Assembly: GCA_008632985.1 (NCBI GenBank)
Contig: QPGO01000002.1
Coordinates: 806,001 to 870,000 of the forward strand
Reading direction: 5' to 3'
Source of the DNA: Psammoneis japonica
Lineage: Eukaryota
DNA: 64,000 nucleotides
Part shown: one piece after another, positions 59,959 through 64,000 of the stretch
Layout: every line of letters starts with the position of its first letter
How positions within the stretch are numbered: position 1 is the stretch's first letter
Made by a program: the position numbers and the translations under genes
Notes under the pieces: model-generated
Told to the model about the DNA's origin: nothing
What the model saw: the letters and a program-made list of their open reading frames with translations, nothing else
The model's database searches: none

Positions 59959-62860
59959 TTATCCTGCCGCCTCGATACAGAAGTCAAGCTCTCCAACAGC
60001 CTCGCAGTCGCCAATAGCTGCTACCACTGGTGAACCCTTGACATCAGTTCGCTTGCTGTAGCAGTCAGGGACGCACGCATCAAGAGTTGCAGGCTCCGTA
60101 ACCGTAAGCTGTCTACCGCCTTCAAGTACAAGCTGCGAGGGATTAACACCTTCAATAAGGTCCTTGACATCTCCGTCACAATCACGCTCCCACTCTGTGA
60201 TTTGGAGCGCATCAGCACCCCTGTTGAAAGCTGTGTAGTTGTAATCAACATCAAACAAACATTGGTTGTCAGTGCCATCTAAGCTTCTGCATCGTTCAAT
60301 CTGCAAGGCACCAAACTGATCCTTGAGATTAAGGGGTTGGTCTTCTCCAGATGAATCAAAAAAGATGTTCTGGACAACAGCATCGATTCCTTCTTCGACG
60401 TTAATGATGTCGCAATTAAGATCTGGCGGTAAGCACGTTGCGTTGGCGCCAATTGTGATGGTTTGATTCTCGGTGACGGTGCAGTTGCAGTACACTCTCA
60501 CTGTATCTCTGCAAAAGATCAAAGCGTCTCCACCCTGAGGGATGGTATTCTCGGGGAAGTCAGTACAGTTATAGGGAGGAGAAGTTTGATCGTTCATGGC
60601 TTCATCACAGAGAATAGCACGCCACGAAAAGGTCAACCTGTCAATGCATTCTCCTCCGCCGCACGTTTCATCGGGAGGTACAAGCTCGTCACAATTGTCC
60701 TCGGAGCCACGAACAATACATTGAACACTAGCCTGTTGATGTGTTTAATTAAAAGGAAAGAAAAAGAAAGTGAGAACGATGCCACACGGGTGGAGGGAAT
60801 GTGATATGAAAAAAAAAACTTACATCGAGTTCGCACGTGGGCTCCGCGGGCTCCGGGATGCAAAGGTCGTATCCATCTTCATCTTCGCAGATGCTTCCAT
60901 CTTCACCTTCTCCCACAACATTTACGGTACAATTGATACACCCGGGAGTACAGCTGTCGATTGTGGCGGGTTCTGTGATGCCGAGTGACTGCATCGCTGG
61001 AATAGGGATGCCGCCAGGAGGCAGAAGATCCTTCTCTTCTCCGTTGCTGCAGGTACGTTCAAATTCAGTGATAGTCAAGTCAACATTACCTGGGTTTTCT
61101 ATGACATAAGTGTAATTTACGTCAAAAATACACTGGGAGTCGATTTCACCATCCTGGGTTTTGCAAGCTTTAATCTGCAATGCACCAAATGTGTCATCAA
61201 GATTAAGCGTCGAGCTACCGGATGCATCAAAGATGTTTTCTTGATTGACGGCATTAAGACCCGACTCGACATCAATGATGGTGCAGTTGAGTTCCGTTGG
61301 GAGACAAGTACCGTTGGCGGCACCAATTGTGATTGTTTGGTTGATTTTGACGGTGCAGTTGCAGTACACCCTTTCAGTATCTACGCATACGATCAATGCA
61401 TCACCACCTTGAGGAATGGTGTTCTCTTCGAAATCTGTACATAAAGCGTTTTCTTGATCATTGTCATCCTCTGAACAAAGAATATCAATCCAGGCAATGG
61501 TCAAACGGTCGATACATTCGCCACCGTTACAGGTTTCGGGGGGAGGCTCGATGACATCGCATGGTTCACCAGTGTCTGCGAGGATACAGTCCATCGTAAC
61601 CTGAAAAAAAAATATGTGTGGAAGATATCATTGAGAATCGTTAGGTAAGAGAGAAATCGACAGAAGAGAAAGATCATCAGTTAAAAGAAGATTGAGAGAT
61701 TCAACTTACGTCCACTTCACAAGGCAACTCAATGCAGAATTCGTCAGATTCACTGTCTTCACAAATAACCCCCTCTTCATCCTCAGCTCTGACAATAATC
61801 TCGGTCGTGTAGCAGTCCTCGACGCATCGGTCCAGCACTTGAGTTTCCATGGGATCTACGCTATCTCCCGGCGCCAGTGTTGTAGGATCGACAAGGTCAA
61901 TCAAGTCATCGGTTTCACCGTTGCGAGTGCGCAAAAGCTCAGTAACTGTAAAAGTAGTGGAGCCCGTATTGTCAATCGGGTAGGTGTACTTTAGATCCAA
62001 GAAGCAATCTTCCACGTTTCCGTCATCATCCTCACAACTCTTTAGCGTCATGCTTCCAAACTTGTCTTGGAGTTGCAAATCCACCGTTCCTGATGTATCG
62101 AAAGTAAGCGTTTGACAGAGCCTATTTCCGTTGGGGCTAGAGATAGTACATGTCATAGTGTCTGGAAGAGTAGAGCCCTCGTTAGCCTCGAGAGTAAAGA
62201 AGGGGTTGGGGTTAGGGTTGGTCTCTGGACGGATGGTGTTGTCTTCGAAGGTGAAACCATCTCCCTCACAGAAGATTCTCACGCGAGGATAACCGCTGCA
62301 TTCTTCTTGAAATTCAGGATTATCTTCGCATTCGAATGCACCATCGTCGCCTTGCTGACTGTTGCTACTCGCGTCGCAGTCACAGTACTCGTACTCGAAC
62401 GTGAGCTTCGTGAGCGGGTCGCTGCCTTCAGCACAGTTGCCATCAATCGGTGGGATTTCGTCACAGGGGGTACCAGCTGGTACATCGTCGGCTCCATCTT
62501 GAACTTCGCACACAAGGCCCACCTGATTATTGTTCATGACAAGAAGAAGACGATGTGTGTTAGCACGGAGAGTATTCTAGAAAATGTTGTGAGACAGTAT
62601 TTTCTTACTTCAACGTCGCACACTCCAGTAGGAGGTGGAGTAGGAGGAGGCGTAGGAGTGATAGGTGGTGGCGTTGGCACCACACTCATGGTGTCCTGAA
62701 GAAGCCGGGACCAGTACTGCTCATCGTCAGCTCCAAGGTCACGCACGGCATCCTTGACTTTGGAAATCACAGATCTCCTCGTTCCTGCGGCGGTGACGCC
62801 GTCGGCCCATGAGAGGGCAATGCTGGTAACTGCGAACAAGGCAGACCCAAGAAATCTCAT
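59959..62860 (-). CDS. Secreted Cys/Asp-rich repeat protein B (3 repeats), paralogue of protein A
   Basis: Signal peptide, YWSRLLQ, PTPPP linker and repeats with LQLQDKFGS / LNLDDTFGALQ / LNLKDQFGALQ. Exons at about 62860-62607, 62523-61710, 61601-60824 and 60731-59959. Confidence 0.82.
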
Positions 62861-63399
62861 CGTTGTTCTGTCTCTTCAGGCGATCGTCAATTGTACCGGT
62901 ACCTTCCGCTTGTTTTGTGTCGAACACAGAACCGGAAAAAGTGAGCGAAGGTATGTTGGCGTCGGAGGGAATCGCAGTAGAATGTGTACCGGAGGCTACG
63001 CATTGGCGATTATTCAGCGTATCTTGACACATAACGGCTAGAAATAGCACGTTATCAACGTATACGAATTTATATTGTCATTTTATGTGTGCAATATGTA
63101 GATACTCCTAAATAAATTTATTTAGTTTTGTATACTATTAAGTCGCCATAAAATATGTAAACCGATCACTATGGAAAAATTGAAGAAAGTTCTCCGTTGC
63201 TATTGAATAACGGCATTAATTACTGAATATATGAATTTGTGCCACGAACATCGCCTAAATTGGGGCGCGCGAAAATAATGGCGATAAGCGCGGAGATGTG
63301 GAGTTGCCACACTTGCCAGCCCTGGCCAGCCACGTCTCTCTACTGGTGGCTAGCAGTAGAGAGTGGCAGCCAACTCTCTAGCAGCCAGCTACCAGTTCG

Positions 63400-64000
63400 C
63401 ACCAACCCTAAAATGAATGTTGCGTTTGTTGTCATAAAAGATGAGCGCGGCGCTCACAGCTCCAGCAAGATCCCCTCCCTGCCTGTGAGATCTCACTGAT
63501 TGTCAGCCACCACATCCTCGAGTGAAGCAGGCGCCCCTGCAGCATGCTGGGTTTTGAGCTGGCACAGATGTTTTGTCATTCCTGGCCTCTTTTAGATTGT
63601 GACAGACCCAACACACATGCTGTGTGCCACCATGTCCAGCGCATTTTGGGCTGAGCGAGTTTTGCACAACGGCGAAAGGGCAAGAAGTGCTCCTCGGCCG
63701 GAGCGACTCTCAGACATCACAGAGGCCAAGTGCAAAGGTGCTTCACTGCATGTTGCAACTCACCACAATGCAGCATGCACTTTGTGCCAATGTTCTGCAT
63801 TTTGCCCACTCACCACGCCACACCAGATCGTCTGTCATTTTCCGCCAACAGCAGCAGCGACGAGTTGGGGCTTCGTCGCTTCCTCATCACATCGCATCTT
63901 CCCACCTGTCCTCACACTTGCCGGCACCTGCAGACCTCCCAAGCCGGAAGTGATCCTCGCTCCCAAGCGGGAGTGATCATCGCACCTTCGTGCTCGCGGT
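63400..64000. pseudogene. TpA-depleted degenerate tract continuing off the window
   Basis: Almost no TA in about 600 bp, with TG/CA excess. Confidence 0.5.

Noticed and set aside
63060..63280. AT-rich patches (also about 683-720, 24860-25040, 52270-52400) as centromere or origin, and gcgcgaaaa as an E2F site
   Set aside because: They are short and consistent with ordinary upstream intergenic DNA, and cannot be supported from sequence alone.

Overview
Eukaryotic nuclear DNA, most likely from a pennate diatom. This is inferred from short GT-AG introns, HA-domain proteins, a bipartite plastid-type presequence and diatom-like retroelements. About 17 host genes are present, including an HA-domain protein, ornithine cyclodeaminase-like, two OSCA/TMEM63 paralogues, cytochrome c1, a CLC channel, a C2-domain membrane protein, SWEET, a GLUG-repeat secreted protein, stomatin-like 2, a REX4-like exonuclease, a class I aminotransferase, two Cys-rich secreted repeat proteins and a 1797-aa unknown. 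Many carry single-base frameshifts that look like assembly errors. Between them lie a near-complete 9.2 kb tyrosine-recombinase (Ngaro/PAT-type) retrotransposon and relics of Gypsy and RLE-type non-LTR elements. The main observation is a repeat-associated mutational process. In transposons and duplicated DNA, TpA is converted to TpG/CpA (A:T>G:C), alongside ordinary CpG>TpG/CpA decay. This is the opposite direction to fungal RIP. It can be read from three internal duplicate pairs and from Tyr>Cys/His changes in conserved retroelement motifs. All counts come from manual alignment and should be verified computationally.
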